From NCBI GenBank assembly GCA_965203175.1, contig OZ241867.1:4000001-4064000 (forward strand): a DNA stretch of 64,000 bases, given 5' to 3'. Within the stretch, counting starts at the first letter, position 1; every line of letters begins with the position of its first letter. This DNA is from Candidatus Latescibacterota bacterium (GTDB lineage: Bacteria; Latescibacterota; UBA2968; UBA8231). A program made the translations under genes and the position numbers. The notes beneath the pieces were generated by a model that saw only the letters and a list, made by a program, of their open reading frames with translations, had not been told where the DNA came from and did no database searches. Shown here piece by piece: positions 1 through 9,828 of the stretch.

Positions 1-332
1 GCGCGCTGCCGACCCCGGAGCTAGCATTGGCCGCTGGCGTATTGGTGGTCGGCTGCGCCGACAGTCACTTTTATGGACTAGACGCGGCTACTGGAAAGGT
101 GCGGTGGACGTTTGCCACTGAGGGCGTGGTGCGGAGCAGTCCAGCCGTCACGGATCACACTGCGTATGGCGCTTCCAGCGATGGCCATCTCTACGCCTTG
201 GATCTGCAAGACGGGCATCTGTTGTGGAAATACCGGTTGGATGGTCCGGTCTTGGCGCCGGTGTCCTTGGGTGCGGGGGGCGTTACTGCCGCCACCGAGA
301 AGCGGGTCCTCCACGTATTTGGACGCCACTGA
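1..332 (+). CDS. PQQ-like beta-propeller repeat protein (BamB-like), C-terminal part, truncated by window start
   Basis: Repeated 'YGLDAATGKVRWTF' / 'LYALDLQDGHLLWKY' tryptophan-docking motifs; frame is open from the window edge. Confidence 0.8.
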   Translation, partial: ALPTPELALAAGVLVVGCADSHFYGLDAATGKVRWTFATEGVVRSSPAVTDHTAYGASSDGHLYALDLQDGHLLWKYRLDGPVLAPVSLGAGGVTAATEKRVLHVFGRH

Positions 333-345
333 GCGGGGAAACTGC

Positions 346-774
346 ATGAAAAAGACGATTGCTTGGTGCTTGGTGCTAGCCGTGGTCGCGCCGACGTGGG
401 CTGAGTCGTTGGAGTTGCCTCGGCAGCTAGTCCAGTTGGAAACAGCCTTAGCGGCACAATGGGCCGAGCGTCCGATGCTTAGGCAGCGGTCGTTGCCAGC
501 TACGTCGGCGGCTCCGAACAAAAAGAAGCACTCGCGCAAGAAGCTCTACTTGAGCGCGGCCTTGGCCGTAGGAGGGGGCGTGGTGGCCTACTGGAGCAAG
601 GAGCGGGCCGACGCCGCGTACGACCGCTATTTGCGCTCGGCCAGCGTGGCGCGCCAGCAACGCGAATTGGACGCGGCCAAGCGCTTTGACCGCGTGGCTG
701 GCGCGGCGTTTGTCGGTATGGAAGTGGGCTTAGTACTCAGCTCATACTTGCTCTTTTTTAGGTCGAGGTCATGA
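346..774 (+). CDS. Hypothetical exported/membrane protein
   Basis: ATG at 346 gives signal peptide MKKTIAWCLVLAVVAPTWA; two C-terminal hydrophobic segments; ATGA overlap with next gene. Confidence 0.65.
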   Translation: MKKTIAWCLVLAVVAPTWAESLELPRQLVQLETALAAQWAERPMLRQRSLPATSAAPNKKKHSRKKLYLSAALAVGGGVVAYWSKERADAAYDRYLRSASVARQQRELDAAKRFDRVAGAAFVGMEVGLVLSSYLLFFRSRS

Positions 775-2012
775 GACGCTCCCTCTGGATGGGATGCTGC
801 CTCGTCGCGCTGGTCTTAGCTTGCAGCGACCGCCCGCGGCACAATCCCCTCGACCCGCAAGCCGAGGATGCGCAGAGCGAGTTGTTCAGCGTTTTGACGG
901 CCTTGGCACTCGATGGCCAAGTCGAATTGCAGTGGGACTTTTCCCACTTTATCGACATCGAAGGCTACCGACTTTACCGCCGTCAGCCCAAGGGCGAGTG
1001 GGAACCGATCTCTCCGGTTCTGGCGCCGGACGCGACCGCGTACTCGGACGCTGGGTTGCAGAACGGGATGCACTACGAGTACCAACTCAGCTTGCTCGTC
1101 GCCGGGGAAGACGAGCGTCCCAGCGGCAGGCCCGTATTTGCTACGCCCGGCCCGGAAATTGCATGGGTGGCCGACCGCCACTCTGGGTTGGTGTGGAAAA
1201 TCAGCGCAGATGCGCGCAGTGCGCATTTTGCCCAAGGGCGCTTTTTCGATTTGGCGACGATCGCCCTCGACGTGGCCGATGGTTCGTGCTGGGTCAGCGA
1301 CCGGGGGTTTGCTGGGCTATACCGGATTGCGGAAGACGGCGCGTTGACCGCGCTGGCCGCAGACGTGGAGACGCCTGGGGACTTGGCCATTGACGCCGCA
1401 GCGCGGATTGGCTGGCTGGCCGACGCGGGACGGCAGCGGGTCTTTTTCTTTTCCTTAGACGCGGCCGATTCGCTCGCCCTATTCCCGGTCGATGCTACCT
1501 TTACCCAGCCCGTGGCATTGGTGGCTCAGGCCGGGGGCTGCTGGATCGCCGACCAAGCCCAAGGTCGGGTGCTGTTCTATCAGACCGACGGTACCCGCGC
1601 CGCTGAATTCCACGCGCTGGCGGCCCCCGAGGCGCTGGCGGCGGGTGCGGAGGGGGATGTGTGGTTATTGGGTGGTGAGGGGCATAGCTTGATGCGATTG
1701 CACCGTACGGGTACCGTCCTCGACGTGGAGTTGCCTTTTGCCGCAGCTGTGGGTTTGGCCGTGGATGGTGCGAGCGGTGCCTGCTGGGTGTTGGGGGAAC
1801 GGGATCTGGCGGTTTTCTCAGCTGACGGGACCTTGGAGCAGCACTGGACCAACGTGCCTAGGGGTAGCGCCCTGTCCTTCGACGCGGTGCAGCAGCGGGT
1901 TTGGATTGCGACTGGCAACGCGCTGTTGAAATTCGCGCCCGAGGGTCAGACCCTGGCGCGGCTCGACGGCTTTTCGTCCATCGTCCGCATTGCTGTGGAT
2001 CCAGGCCGCTGA
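771..2012 (+). CDS. Lipoprotein with fibronectin type III domain and beta-propeller (NHL/YVTN-like) repeats
   Basis: Lipobox 'VLAC'; FN3 signature 'VELQW...GYRLYR...YSDAGLQNGMHYEY'; repeated 'CWVSD/CWIAD' blades. Confidence 0.7.
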   Translation: MRRSLWMGCCLVALVLACSDRPRHNPLDPQAEDAQSELFSVLTALALDGQVELQWDFSHFIDIEGYRLYRRQPKGEWEPISPVLAPDATAYSDAGLQNGMHYEYQLSLLVAGEDERPSGRPVFATPGPEIAWVADRHSGLVWKISADARSAHFAQGRFFDLATIALDVADGSCWVSDRGFAGLYRIAEDGALTALAADVETPGDLAIDAAARIGWLADAGRQRVFFFSLDAADSLALFPVDATFTQPVALVAQAGGCWIADQAQGRVLFYQTDGTRAAEFHALAAPEALAAGAEGDVWLLGGEGHSLMRLHRTGTVLDVELPFAAAVGLAVDGASGACWVLGERDLAVFSADGTLEQHWTNVPRGSALSFDAVQQRVWIATGNALLKFAPEGQTLARLDGFSSIVRIAVDPGR

Positions 2013-2091
2013 GGCCGCGATCTCTCTTGCATCGGATTTACTCCTTAACGACCTTCCTTAAGGTGTAACTTCAACCCCACGAGAACCAATT

Positions 2092-3060
2092 ATGACCGAG
2101 CGAGCTCCCATCCACAGCATGACCGGCTTTGGCCGCGGCGCGGCCGAGCGGCGGGGTTTGCGGCTTGCCGTCGAACTGCGGTCGGTCAACAGCCGCTACC
2201 TCGACATACAGGTGCGCTGCCCGGCTGATCTCCAGCCCTTTGAGCTAGCCATCCGCGAGCGGATTCAGGCGCGAGTCAGTCGCGGCAAAATAAGCGCGCA
2301 CATTGCCTGGGAAGAGGAAGACCAATCCGAGACCCTGCCCCAGTTAGACGAGGAAGCGGCCAAGCACTATCTAGCCCAGCTACGGCGGCTAGCTGAATTG
2401 GCTCAGATCGAAGCTGCGGAGAGTCGGGCTACGATGCCGCTGCACAAGGCGTTTTTTGCTCGTTTCAAGAGGCTAGAGCAGCTCAATGTGGGGATCGAGC
2501 GGGTGCTGCTGACGAAGCTGCCCAATCTCTTTCGGGTCCAAGCCACAGAGTTGGATAGCGCGGTCGCGCAAGAGGTGCTGCGGGTGGGGTTGGACCAAGC
2601 GCTGGCCGAGTTAGTGGCCATGCGCGAGGCCGAGGGACACACCCTCACCGCGGACTTGCGTGCCCGCGTCGAGGCGGTGGGGGCGCATCTGGAGCGCGTG
2701 GCCGAGCGAGCGCAGGCGACCCGTGGGCAAGTCGCCGAACGGCTGCGGGAAAAGATCGCCGCCCTGCTCACGCTCGGGGAGGTTGCCGAAGATCGCCTTG
2801 CCACGGAGATTGCCCTGATCGCCGAGCGCAGCGACATCGTCGAGGAGATCGTCCGCTTCCGCAGCCACAACGCTCAGTTCCTCGATACCTTGGCACAAGG
2901 TGGCGAAATAGGGAAGCGCTTGAACTTTCTCTTGCAGGAAATGCACCGCGAAGCCAATACTATCAGCTCCAAAGCCGCAGATGCCGAGATTGCCCATTGG
3001 GTAGTCGAGATCAAAGAAGAGATTGAGCGGCTGCGCGAGCAGGTGCAAAACTTGGCGTGA
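2092..3060 (+). CDS. yicC: YicC/YloC family endoribonuclease
   Basis: N-terminal 'SMTGFGR...ELRSVNSRYLD'; C-terminal 'GKRLNFLLQEMHREANTISSK...KEEIERLREQVQN'. Confidence 0.95.
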   Translation: MTERAPIHSMTGFGRGAAERRGLRLAVELRSVNSRYLDIQVRCPADLQPFELAIRERIQARVSRGKISAHIAWEEEDQSETLPQLDEEAAKHYLAQLRRLAELAQIEAAESRATMPLHKAFFARFKRLEQLNVGIERVLLTKLPNLFRVQATELDSAVAQEVLRVGLDQALAELVAMREAEGHTLTADLRARVEAVGAHLERVAERAQATRGQVAERLREKIAALLTLGEVAEDRLATEIALIAERSDIVEEIVRFRSHNAQFLDTLAQGGEIGKRLNFLLQEMHREANTISSKAADAEIAHWVVEIKEEIERLREQVQNLA

Positions 3061-3611
3061 AAGCATCTATGTCATCCGTGCAGATCATCACTATTAGCGG
3101 CTTGGCTGGCAGCGGCACCACTACGGTGTGCGACCGGCTGTGTGCGCGGTTGGGTTGGGCCTATGTCAACGCCGGAGCCGTCTTTCGGCGGCTGGCCAAA
3201 GAGGCGGGCGTGAGCTTGGCCGAATTTGGCCAGCAGGCCGAAGCCGATGGCTGCATCGACCGCCAGCTCGACGCGCGCTTGGTTGAGCAAGCGCAGGCGA
3301 GCGCGCCGGTCGTCGTCGAAGGGCGGCTCACCGGCTGGATGGCCCAACGGCACCACCTTCCAGCCCTCAAGGTTTGGCTGCAAGCGGCGCTTGCCGTGCG
3401 GGCCGAGCGCGTGGGACAGCGCGAGGGTAAACCGCTGGCGCAAGCGCTCGTGGAAACGCGCGAGCGCGAGGCGTCCGAGGCCCAGCGCTATGCCGCGCAT
3501 CACCAAATCGCCATCAGCGACTTGTCGGTGTACGACTTGGTCGTCGATACCGAGTGTTGCGACCCCCAAGCCGCCTGCGCGCACATCTTGGCGCGCCTCG
3601 ATCAGCCATGA
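3057..3611 (+). CDS. cmk: Cytidylate kinase, short archaeal-type (d)CMP kinase
   Basis: 'ITISGLAGSGTTT' P-loop, 'VNAGAVFRRLA', 'IDRQLD', 'VVEGRL', 'YDLVVDT' match the archaeal cmk family. Confidence 0.8.
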   Translation: MKASMSSVQIITISGLAGSGTTTVCDRLCARLGWAYVNAGAVFRRLAKEAGVSLAEFGQQAEADGCIDRQLDARLVEQAQASAPVVVEGRLTGWMAQRHHLPALKVWLQAALAVRAERVGQREGKPLAQALVETREREASEAQRYAAHHQIAISDLSVYDLVVDTECCDPQAACAHILARLDQP

Positions 3612-4801
3612 GCTTGCAAGGCCGCAACATCCTGCTCGGGGTTACCGGCGGTATTGCCGCGTACAAGACGCCGGAGATGGTGCGGCTGTTGACGGCTGAA
3701 GGGGCTGAGGTGCGGGTAGTGCTGACCCGCGCGGCTGGCGAGTTCGTTGCACCCAAGACGTTGGAGGTGCTCTCCCGCCATGTGGTGTACAGCGACTTGT
3801 TCAGCCGCGACGCGGAATTTCCCGTCCTGCACGTGGGGTTAGCCGAGTGGGCCGACTTGATTTTGGTAGCTCCGGCTACGGCGCACTGCTTGGGGCGCGT
3901 AGCTGGGGGCTTGGCCGACGATCTGCTCACCTCGGTGTTGTTGTGCGCGGATGTGCCCGTCCTGCTGGCGCCGTCGATGGAGGAAAACATGTTGGCCAAT
4001 GCCGCGGTCGAGGCCAATGTGCAGACCTTGGTGCAGCGAGGGTTCCACCTGCTCGACCCGGGAGTAGGGCCTTTGGCGTCGGGTGTGGTTGGCCGCGGGC
4101 GGATGCCCGAGCCGGTGGAGTTAGTCGCAGCGATAGCAGCGCATTTCAGCGGCGACTTGGATGGGTTGAAGTTGCTGGTAACGGCCGGTCCCACGGTCGA
4201 GGATCTCGATCCAGTGCGCTTTATTTCCAATCGCTCGTCGGGCAAGATGGGCTATGCGATAGCCGAACGGGCTGCTGCGCGTGGCGCGCGCGTGTGGCTG
4301 ATTTCCGGGCCGACTGCCCTGCCCGCGCCCGCTGGTGTGGAACGGGAGTTGGTGCGTTCGACCCTCGATATGCAGCGCGCGGTAGAGGCTTTGTTTGAGC
4401 AAGTAGATGGAGCGATTTTGGCGGCGGCCCCGGCCGACTACCGCGCCAAAGAGGTGGCCGAGCAGAAGATCAAGCGCGGCGCGGCGTCCAGTTCCATCGA
4501 GTTGGTCGAAAACCCGGATATTGCCGCCGGGCTAGGCCAGCGCAAGAGCCAGCGGTTGCTGGTCGTCTTTGCGATGGAGACGGAAAAAGGGCCGGAGCGG
4601 GCGCAGGAGAAGCTGGCGCGCAAGGGGGGCGACCTAATCGTGCTCAACATGCTCAACGACGAGGGGGCTGGTTTTGCTGGCGACACCAACCGCGTTACCC
4701 TGATCGACGTTGAGGGCCAAGAGGAAGCTCTGCCCCTGTTGAGCAAGTCCGCGGTCGCCGACCGCATCCTCGACTGGGTGCGGGCGCGGCGGGAAGTTTA
4801 A
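3608..4801 (+). CDS. coaBC: Phosphopantothenoylcysteine decarboxylase/synthetase
   Basis: 'LLGVTGGIAAYK', 'APATA', 'LVTAGPTVEDLDPVRFISNRSSGKMGYAIA'. Confidence 0.97.
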   Translation: MSLQGRNILLGVTGGIAAYKTPEMVRLLTAEGAEVRVVLTRAAGEFVAPKTLEVLSRHVVYSDLFSRDAEFPVLHVGLAEWADLILVAPATAHCLGRVAGGLADDLLTSVLLCADVPVLLAPSMEENMLANAAVEANVQTLVQRGFHLLDPGVGPLASGVVGRGRMPEPVELVAAIAAHFSGDLDGLKLLVTAGPTVEDLDPVRFISNRSSGKMGYAIAERAAARGARVWLISGPTALPAPAGVERELVRSTLDMQRAVEALFEQVDGAILAAAPADYRAKEVAEQKIKRGAASSSIELVENPDIAAGLGQRKSQRLLVVFAMETEKGPERAQEKLARKGGDLIVLNMLNDEGAGFAGDTNRVTLIDVEGQEEALPLLSKSAVADRILDWVRARREV

Positions 4802-4825
4802 CCCGTACTGAGCGAGGATGTCGCC

Positions 4826-5509
4826 ATGGAAGAGCGGAGCGAGAATGTGCTGGCCGAGGCCCGGCGCTATCTGTCCGATTTAGTAGCTTTTGAAGGGACC
4901 CAATTCACAGCACCGGAGTCGATTGACGCGACCGGCGCGGAGGAACCAGTGGCCGATGCTTTAGAAGCCTTTCGCAGCCAGATCTGCGAGTGTACTCGCT
5001 GTCGGCTGGGTGCGACGCGGCAGAACTTTGTGTTTGGCAGCGGCGACCCTGCGGCCGGCATCATGTTCATCGGCGAGGCCCCAGGGGCCGAGGAAGACCG
5101 CATGGGCCAGCCCTTTGTGGGGAAAGCCGGTCAACTGCTGACCAAGATCATCGAGGCTATGGGCCTGTCCCGCGACGAGGTCTATATCTGCAACATACTC
5201 AAGTGCCGCCCGCCGAATAACCGCGACCCCCTGCCCGACGAAATCGAGCAGTGCGAGCCGTATCTCAAGCGCCAGATCGAAATCATCCAGCCCCGCGTCA
5301 TCTGCACCTTGGGCCGCTTTGCCGCGCAGACCTTGCTCCGCAGCAGCGAGCCCATGGGCCGCTTGCGCGACCAGGATCACCACTACGAGGGCATCCCCTT
5401 GGTGGCCACGTACCACCCGGCGGCCCTCTTGCGCAACTCCCAGTGGAAGCGCCCGACTTGGGAAGACATGAAGCGGGTGCGGAAGCTCTACGACGGGGTC
5501 GAACTCTAA
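4826..5509 (+). CDS. Uracil-DNA glycosylase family 4 (4Fe-4S)
   Basis: 'CTRCRL', 'FIGEAPG', 'PFVGKAG', 'KCRPPNNR', 'TYHPAALLR'. Confidence 0.95.
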   Translation: MEERSENVLAEARRYLSDLVAFEGTQFTAPESIDATGAEEPVADALEAFRSQICECTRCRLGATRQNFVFGSGDPAAGIMFIGEAPGAEEDRMGQPFVGKAGQLLTKIIEAMGLSRDEVYICNILKCRPPNNRDPLPDEIEQCEPYLKRQIEIIQPRVICTLGRFAAQTLLRSSEPMGRLRDQDHHYEGIPLVATYHPAALLRNSQWKRPTWEDMKRVRKLYDGVEL

Positions 5510-5527
5510 ATTTTTTGGAGCTGAACC

Positions 5528-6910
5528 ATGACTCAGAGTCCAAATGGAGGCCAGGATCTCGGGCGGATGCCGCCGCAGGCCGTAGAGGTCGAGCAGGCCG
5601 TGCTCGGGGCGATGATGTTAGAGCAACGGGCCATCGTCCGCGCCGTTGAAATCCTCGACGAAAGCTGTTTCTACCACGCTCCCCACAGCCGGATATTTGC
5701 GGCCATGACCGAGCTTTTTGAGCGGGGGATAGCGGTCGATCAGCTAACCTTGACCGAGGAACTCAAGCGCCGCGGTCAACTCGACGACGTCGGTGGAGTC
5801 GTCTATCTGGCCAAGTTAGGGTCTGAAGTGGCCACGACGGCCAATATCGACTTTCACGCGCAGATCGTTTTGGAGAAGGCGCTGGGCCGCAAGTTGATCG
5901 AAACCTCTAGCGAAGTCATTGAGCGAGCGTACGCGGCCGACGAGGATGTCCAGACCCTGATCGACAGTGCCGAGCAGAAGCTTTTCAGCCTGAGCGAAAA
6001 CCAAATCGGCGAGGGCTTTGAGCGGCTGAAAGAGGTGATGGGAGAAACGGTTGACCACCTCGATCGCATCCACGCGGGGGCGGGCACGGTTTTGGGGGTC
6101 GATACGGGTTTTCCCGAGCTCAACGACCAGATGTCGGGTTTTCAGAAGGGCGATCTGGTCATTCTCGCGGCGCGGCCTAGCGTCGGCAAGACGGCACTGG
6201 CGCTGACGCTGGCGCGTAACGCGGCCGTGAATGCCGAAGCCGGGGTGGCGGTTTTCAGCTTGGAAATGTCTAAGATACAACTAGTTCAGCGCCTGCTCAG
6301 CATCGAGACTAAGGTCGATTTGCACAAGCTGCGCACTGGGCGGCTGAGCGACGAAGACTGGATGCACCTAACGCATAACATCAATCGCTTGGCCGAAGCG
6401 CCGATCTACATAGACGACACGCCCGGCATCTCGGTACTCGAAGCGCGAGCTAAGGCGCGGCGGCTGCAGCGCGAGTACGGGATTGACATGGTCATAATCG
6501 ACTATCTCCAACTTATGAGTGGGCACATCAGGACGCAGAGCCGCGAGCAGGAAATTTCGCAGATCTCGCGCGGCCTCAAGGCCATGGCTAAAGAATTGGA
6601 CGTGCCGGTTTTGGCCTTATCGCAGTTGTCGCGCGCTGTAGAAAGCCGCACGGACCGGCGGCCGCAGCTATCGGACCTGCGGGAGTCGGGCAGCTTGGAA
6701 CAGGACGCCGATGTGGTGATGTTCATCTACCGCCCGGAGATGTACGATCTCAAGTCTGCAGACGGAGAGAGCCTCGAAGGCATTGCCGAGATCATCATCG
6801 GCAAGCAGCGCAACGGCCCGGTTGGCTCGGTGAATTTGGCGTGGAACAAGGAAAGTGCCACGTTCGAGGCGGCGACACCTGAGTGGCGGACGGAGCCGGA
6901 AGAATACTAG
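5528..6910 (+). CDS. dnaB: Replicative DNA helicase
   Basis: 'AARPSVGKT', 'FSLEM', 'IIDYLQLM', 'LSQLSRAVESR...PQLSDLRESGSLEQDAD', 'KQRNGP'. Confidence 0.98.
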   Translation: MTQSPNGGQDLGRMPPQAVEVEQAVLGAMMLEQRAIVRAVEILDESCFYHAPHSRIFAAMTELFERGIAVDQLTLTEELKRRGQLDDVGGVVYLAKLGSEVATTANIDFHAQIVLEKALGRKLIETSSEVIERAYAADEDVQTLIDSAEQKLFSLSENQIGEGFERLKEVMGETVDHLDRIHAGAGTVLGVDTGFPELNDQMSGFQKGDLVILAARPSVGKTALALTLARNAAVNAEAGVAVFSLEMSKIQLVQRLLSIETKVDLHKLRTGRLSDEDWMHLTHNINRLAEAPIYIDDTPGISVLEARAKARRLQREYGIDMVIIDYLQLMSGHIRTQSREQEISQISRGLKAMAKELDVPVLALSQLSRAVESRTDRRPQLSDLRESGSLEQDADVVMFIYRPEMYDLKSADGESLEGIAEIIIGKQRNGPVGSVNLAWNKESATFEAATPEWRTEPEEY

Positions 6911-6919
6911 TCGGCCCTC

Positions 6920-7927
6920 ATGTTCATCGACGAAGTGACCATCACGGTGGAGTCGGGCCATGGCGGCAGCGGCTGCTGTTCGTTTCGGCGCGAGAAGTAC
7001 GTGCCGCGCGGCGGGCCGGATGGCGGCGACGGGGGCGACGGAGGCGACGTAATCTTCCGCGTTGATGCCCAACTCAACACGCTGCACGATTTCCGTTATC
7101 AACGCCACATCCGCGCCGGTCGCGGTGCCCACGGCGAGGGCAAGCGCCGGACGGGTCAGCGCGGCGAGCACGCGGTCATCTGCGTGCCACCGGGCACTAT
7201 CTTGCGTGACGAAAAGGGCTTGCTGATCCGCGACATGGTCGAGGATGGGCAGGAATTGGTGCTGCTGGAGGGTGGGCGTGGGGGCCGGGGCAATGCCCGC
7301 TTTGCCACGCCTCGCGTACAGGCTCCACGGCGCGCTGATCCCGGGCGAGAGGGCGAGCAAATGGTGGTGCAGCTCGAGCTGAAGTTGCTGGCGGATGTGG
7401 GGCTGGTGGGCTTTCCCAACGCGGGCAAATCCACGCTGCTGGCGCGGCTTTCCGCAGCCCGTCCCAAAATTGCCGACTATCCCTTTACGACCTTGGAGCC
7501 GCACTTGGGCATTGTGCAGTGGGCCGAGGGCGAGAGTTTTGTGTTGGCCGACTTGCCGGGGCTGATCGAGGGGGCGCACGAGGGCAAGGGCTTAGGCATG
7601 CGGTTTTTGCGCCACATTGAGCGCACGCGCATTCTGCTGTTTGCCATTGATTGCACCAGTCCGGATCCGCGCGGCGAGTTGGAGGCCCTGCGTCGCGAGT
7701 TGGATGCCTTCGACGAGGGGATGCGGCACAAGCCCGCTGGGATTGCGCTGACTAAGGCTGATTTGCTGGGGCCGGACGCGGATTTTGAAGACCCTTTTGC
7801 CGATCTGCGCGCACCGCGCTTTTTGGTCTCGGCCGTCAGCGGTCGTGGGGTGCCTGAGATGCTGCGTAGTGTGGGGCAGGCGGTGAAAAAGTTGCGAGTT
7901 GACGAAATGGGGAAAGACGATCCATGA
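6920..7927 (+). CDS. obgE: GTPase Obg/CgtA
   Basis: 'MFIDE', 'FRREKYVPRGGPDGGDGG', 'GFPNAGKST', 'DYPFTT', 'DLPG'. Confidence 0.98.
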   Translation: MFIDEVTITVESGHGGSGCCSFRREKYVPRGGPDGGDGGDGGDVIFRVDAQLNTLHDFRYQRHIRAGRGAHGEGKRRTGQRGEHAVICVPPGTILRDEKGLLIRDMVEDGQELVLLEGGRGGRGNARFATPRVQAPRRADPGREGEQMVVQLELKLLADVGLVGFPNAGKSTLLARLSAARPKIADYPFTTLEPHLGIVQWAEGESFVLADLPGLIEGAHEGKGLGMRFLRHIERTRILLFAIDCTSPDPRGELEALRRELDAFDEGMRHKPAGIALTKADLLGPDADFEDPFADLRAPRFLVSAVSGRGVPEMLRSVGQAVKKLRVDEMGKDDP

Positions 7928-7960
7928 GGGGTTTTGCAGAACTCTGAATCGCGTTCTTCG

Positions 7961-7990
7961 ATTCTTCAGGGGAATCCTGAAGAATTTTTT
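7961..7990 (+). terminator. Rho-independent terminator after obgE
   Basis: Hairpin ATTCTTCAGG-ggaat-CCTGAAGAAT followed by a T run, between convergent genes. Confidence 0.75.
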
Positions 7991-8001
7991 ATGCGCGTCC
8001 T

Positions 8002-8844
8002 TCAGCTAAAGCCGAGGAAGCGCCGCGCGGTCTCGCCCATGATGAGTTGGCGCTGATTGCTGCTCAGGTCGGGCAGCAGGTGGTCGAGGGCCTCGACGCA
8101 CTCGCCGTAGCCGGGGTCGGCGACAATCCAGGGAAAATCCGAAGCCCACAGCAGGCGTTCGGCACCAAAGGCGGACAGCAGGCTGCGGTGCCAAGCGGCC
8201 AAGTCGGGATAGGGATAGGCCGCCTTGCTCATGGCGTATTGGCCCGACAGGTGGACGCAGACGTTGGGCAAATCGGGTGCGGGGCCGAGGAACCCGGTCG
8301 GCGGCGGCATTTCCACGTCGATCTGCGGGCGGCCCTTGGCGTCCCAAGTAAACCGGTCCTCGCGAGGGCAGACCATGAGGTGATTGACCACGACGCGCAC
8401 TTGGGAAAAATCCGCGAGGAACTGGGGCACTAGCGGAGCGGAGGTGGCGCGCAAATAGAGCCAAAGCACGTAATCTTTGCGAGCGGCGTGTTCCCATATG
8501 GGCGGGGAAAAGTCGCCGAGCGAGCGGAGCCGGAAGCCGATTATCGAGCCGTCTTCGGCGAGGCGATCCATGTGATCGGCGGGCGCGGGCGCGTCGGGCG
8601 GTATCAAGCCGATGCCCAAGAAGCGGTCGGGATAGGTGCGCAGACAGTGTTGTAAATAGGCGTGGTGCGCGAGGCTGGTGCCGCCGGTTTGCACGAGCAC
8701 GGCCTTGTCGATGGCGTGGTCGGCCATGTGCGCCAAGAGATTCTCGACAGGAGCTTCGCGCTCGGCGGGCATGCTTGAGGTGATCTCGCGCGGAAACTCG
8801 GCGCTGGGGCGGGCGAAGACGTGCAGATGAGAGTCAATACGCAT
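8002..8844 (-). CDS. Amidohydrolase_2 family metallo-hydrolase (lactonase-like)
   Basis: 'IDSHLHVF' HxH motif, 'VVNHL', 'RLLWASDFPW'. Confidence 0.88.
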   Translation of the reverse strand: MRIDSHLHVFARPSAEFPREITSSMPAEREAPVENLLAHMADHAIDKAVLVQTGGTSLAHHAYLQHCLRTYPDRFLGIGLIPPDAPAPADHMDRLAEDGSIIGFRLRSLGDFSPPIWEHAARKDYVLWLYLRATSAPLVPQFLADFSQVRVVVNHLMVCPREDRFTWDAKGRPQIDVEMPPPTGFLGPAPDLPNVCVHLSGQYAMSKAAYPYPDLAAWHRSLLSAFGAERLLWASDFPWIVADPGYGECVEALDHLLPDLSSNQRQLIMGETARRFLGFS

Positions 8845-8880
8845 AGTTTTATTGGGTTGGGATTAAGGGTTTCAGTAAAG

Positions 8881-9822
8881 ATGGATAAGAGAGTCTCTAC
8901 GGACAAGGCAGTGAAACAGGTGAGGGTGCGCGCACCGGCTACGTCGGCGAATCTTGGAGCGGGTTTTGACTGCTTGGGATTGGCGCTGGAATTGTACATG
9001 GACTTGGCGGTGGAGGAAGGCGAAGGCGAGGGCTTGGAAATCGCGGCCACGGGCGAGGGGAGCGGGAGCGTGCCCTTGGACGAGCGCAACGCGGTCTATC
9101 AGGGGATGATGCGCGCCTATGCGCGGGCTGGTAAGACGCCCGGACGGTTGCGCTTGGCAATAGACAGTCAGATTCCGCTGGCCAGTGGGCTGGGCAGCAG
9201 CTCGGCAGCTCTAGTCGCTGGCTTGACCGCCGGAGCCGAGCTGTGCGGGATGAGGCTGGATCGGGAGGAGGTTTTGCGGCAGGGTGTGGCAGTGGAGGGA
9301 CACCCGGACAATGTCGCGCCCTGCGCGTTAGGAGGGATCGTCATCGCAGCTTTGGACGGCGAGGAGATTGTGTGGGCGCGGATTGAGCCGCCGAAGGATT
9401 TGGCCGCGGTCGTGGCCATACCAGATTTTCCCCTGCCCACGTCCAAGTCGCGGAGCGTGCTGCCCGAGCAGATTGAGCGGCGGGACGCGATATTTAACGC
9501 CGGGCGCGTCGGCTTGTTGGTGGCTGCACTGCAACAGGGCGACTACAGCCTGCTGCGGACTGGGATGCAAGATCGGTTGCACCAGCCCTATCGCACGGCT
9601 CTGGTTCCGGGGATGGAAGGGGTGTTGGCCGCGGCTACAGCGGCGGGGGCGTTGGGTGCGGCGTTGAGCGGGGCCGGGCCAACCGCGTTAGCGCTGGCAA
9701 GCGACCGGGGTGCAGAGGTGGCTGAGGCCATGCAAAAGGCATGGGCCAAAGAAGGGATTGCCGCGCGAACTTTGGTCCTCGGCCTCGCCGCCGAGGGCGT
9801 GCAATGCGTAAAAGAGAGGTAA
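8881..9822 (+). CDS. thrB: Homoserine kinase
   Basis: 'PATSANLGAGFDCLG', 'PLASGLGSS', 'EGHPDN', 'DRLHQPYR', 'LSGAGPT'; start may instead be GTG at 8911. Confidence 0.95.
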   Translation: MDKRVSTDKAVKQVRVRAPATSANLGAGFDCLGLALELYMDLAVEEGEGEGLEIAATGEGSGSVPLDERNAVYQGMMRAYARAGKTPGRLRLAIDSQIPLASGLGSSSAALVAGLTAGAELCGMRLDREEVLRQGVAVEGHPDNVAPCALGGIVIAALDGEEIVWARIEPPKDLAAVVAIPDFPLPTSKSRSVLPEQIERRDAIFNAGRVGLLVAALQQGDYSLLRTGMQDRLHQPYRTALVPGMEGVLAAATAAGALGAALSGAGPTALALASDRGAEVAEAMQKAWAKEGIAARTLVLGLAAEGVQCVKER

Positions 9823-9828
9823 ATAAAT

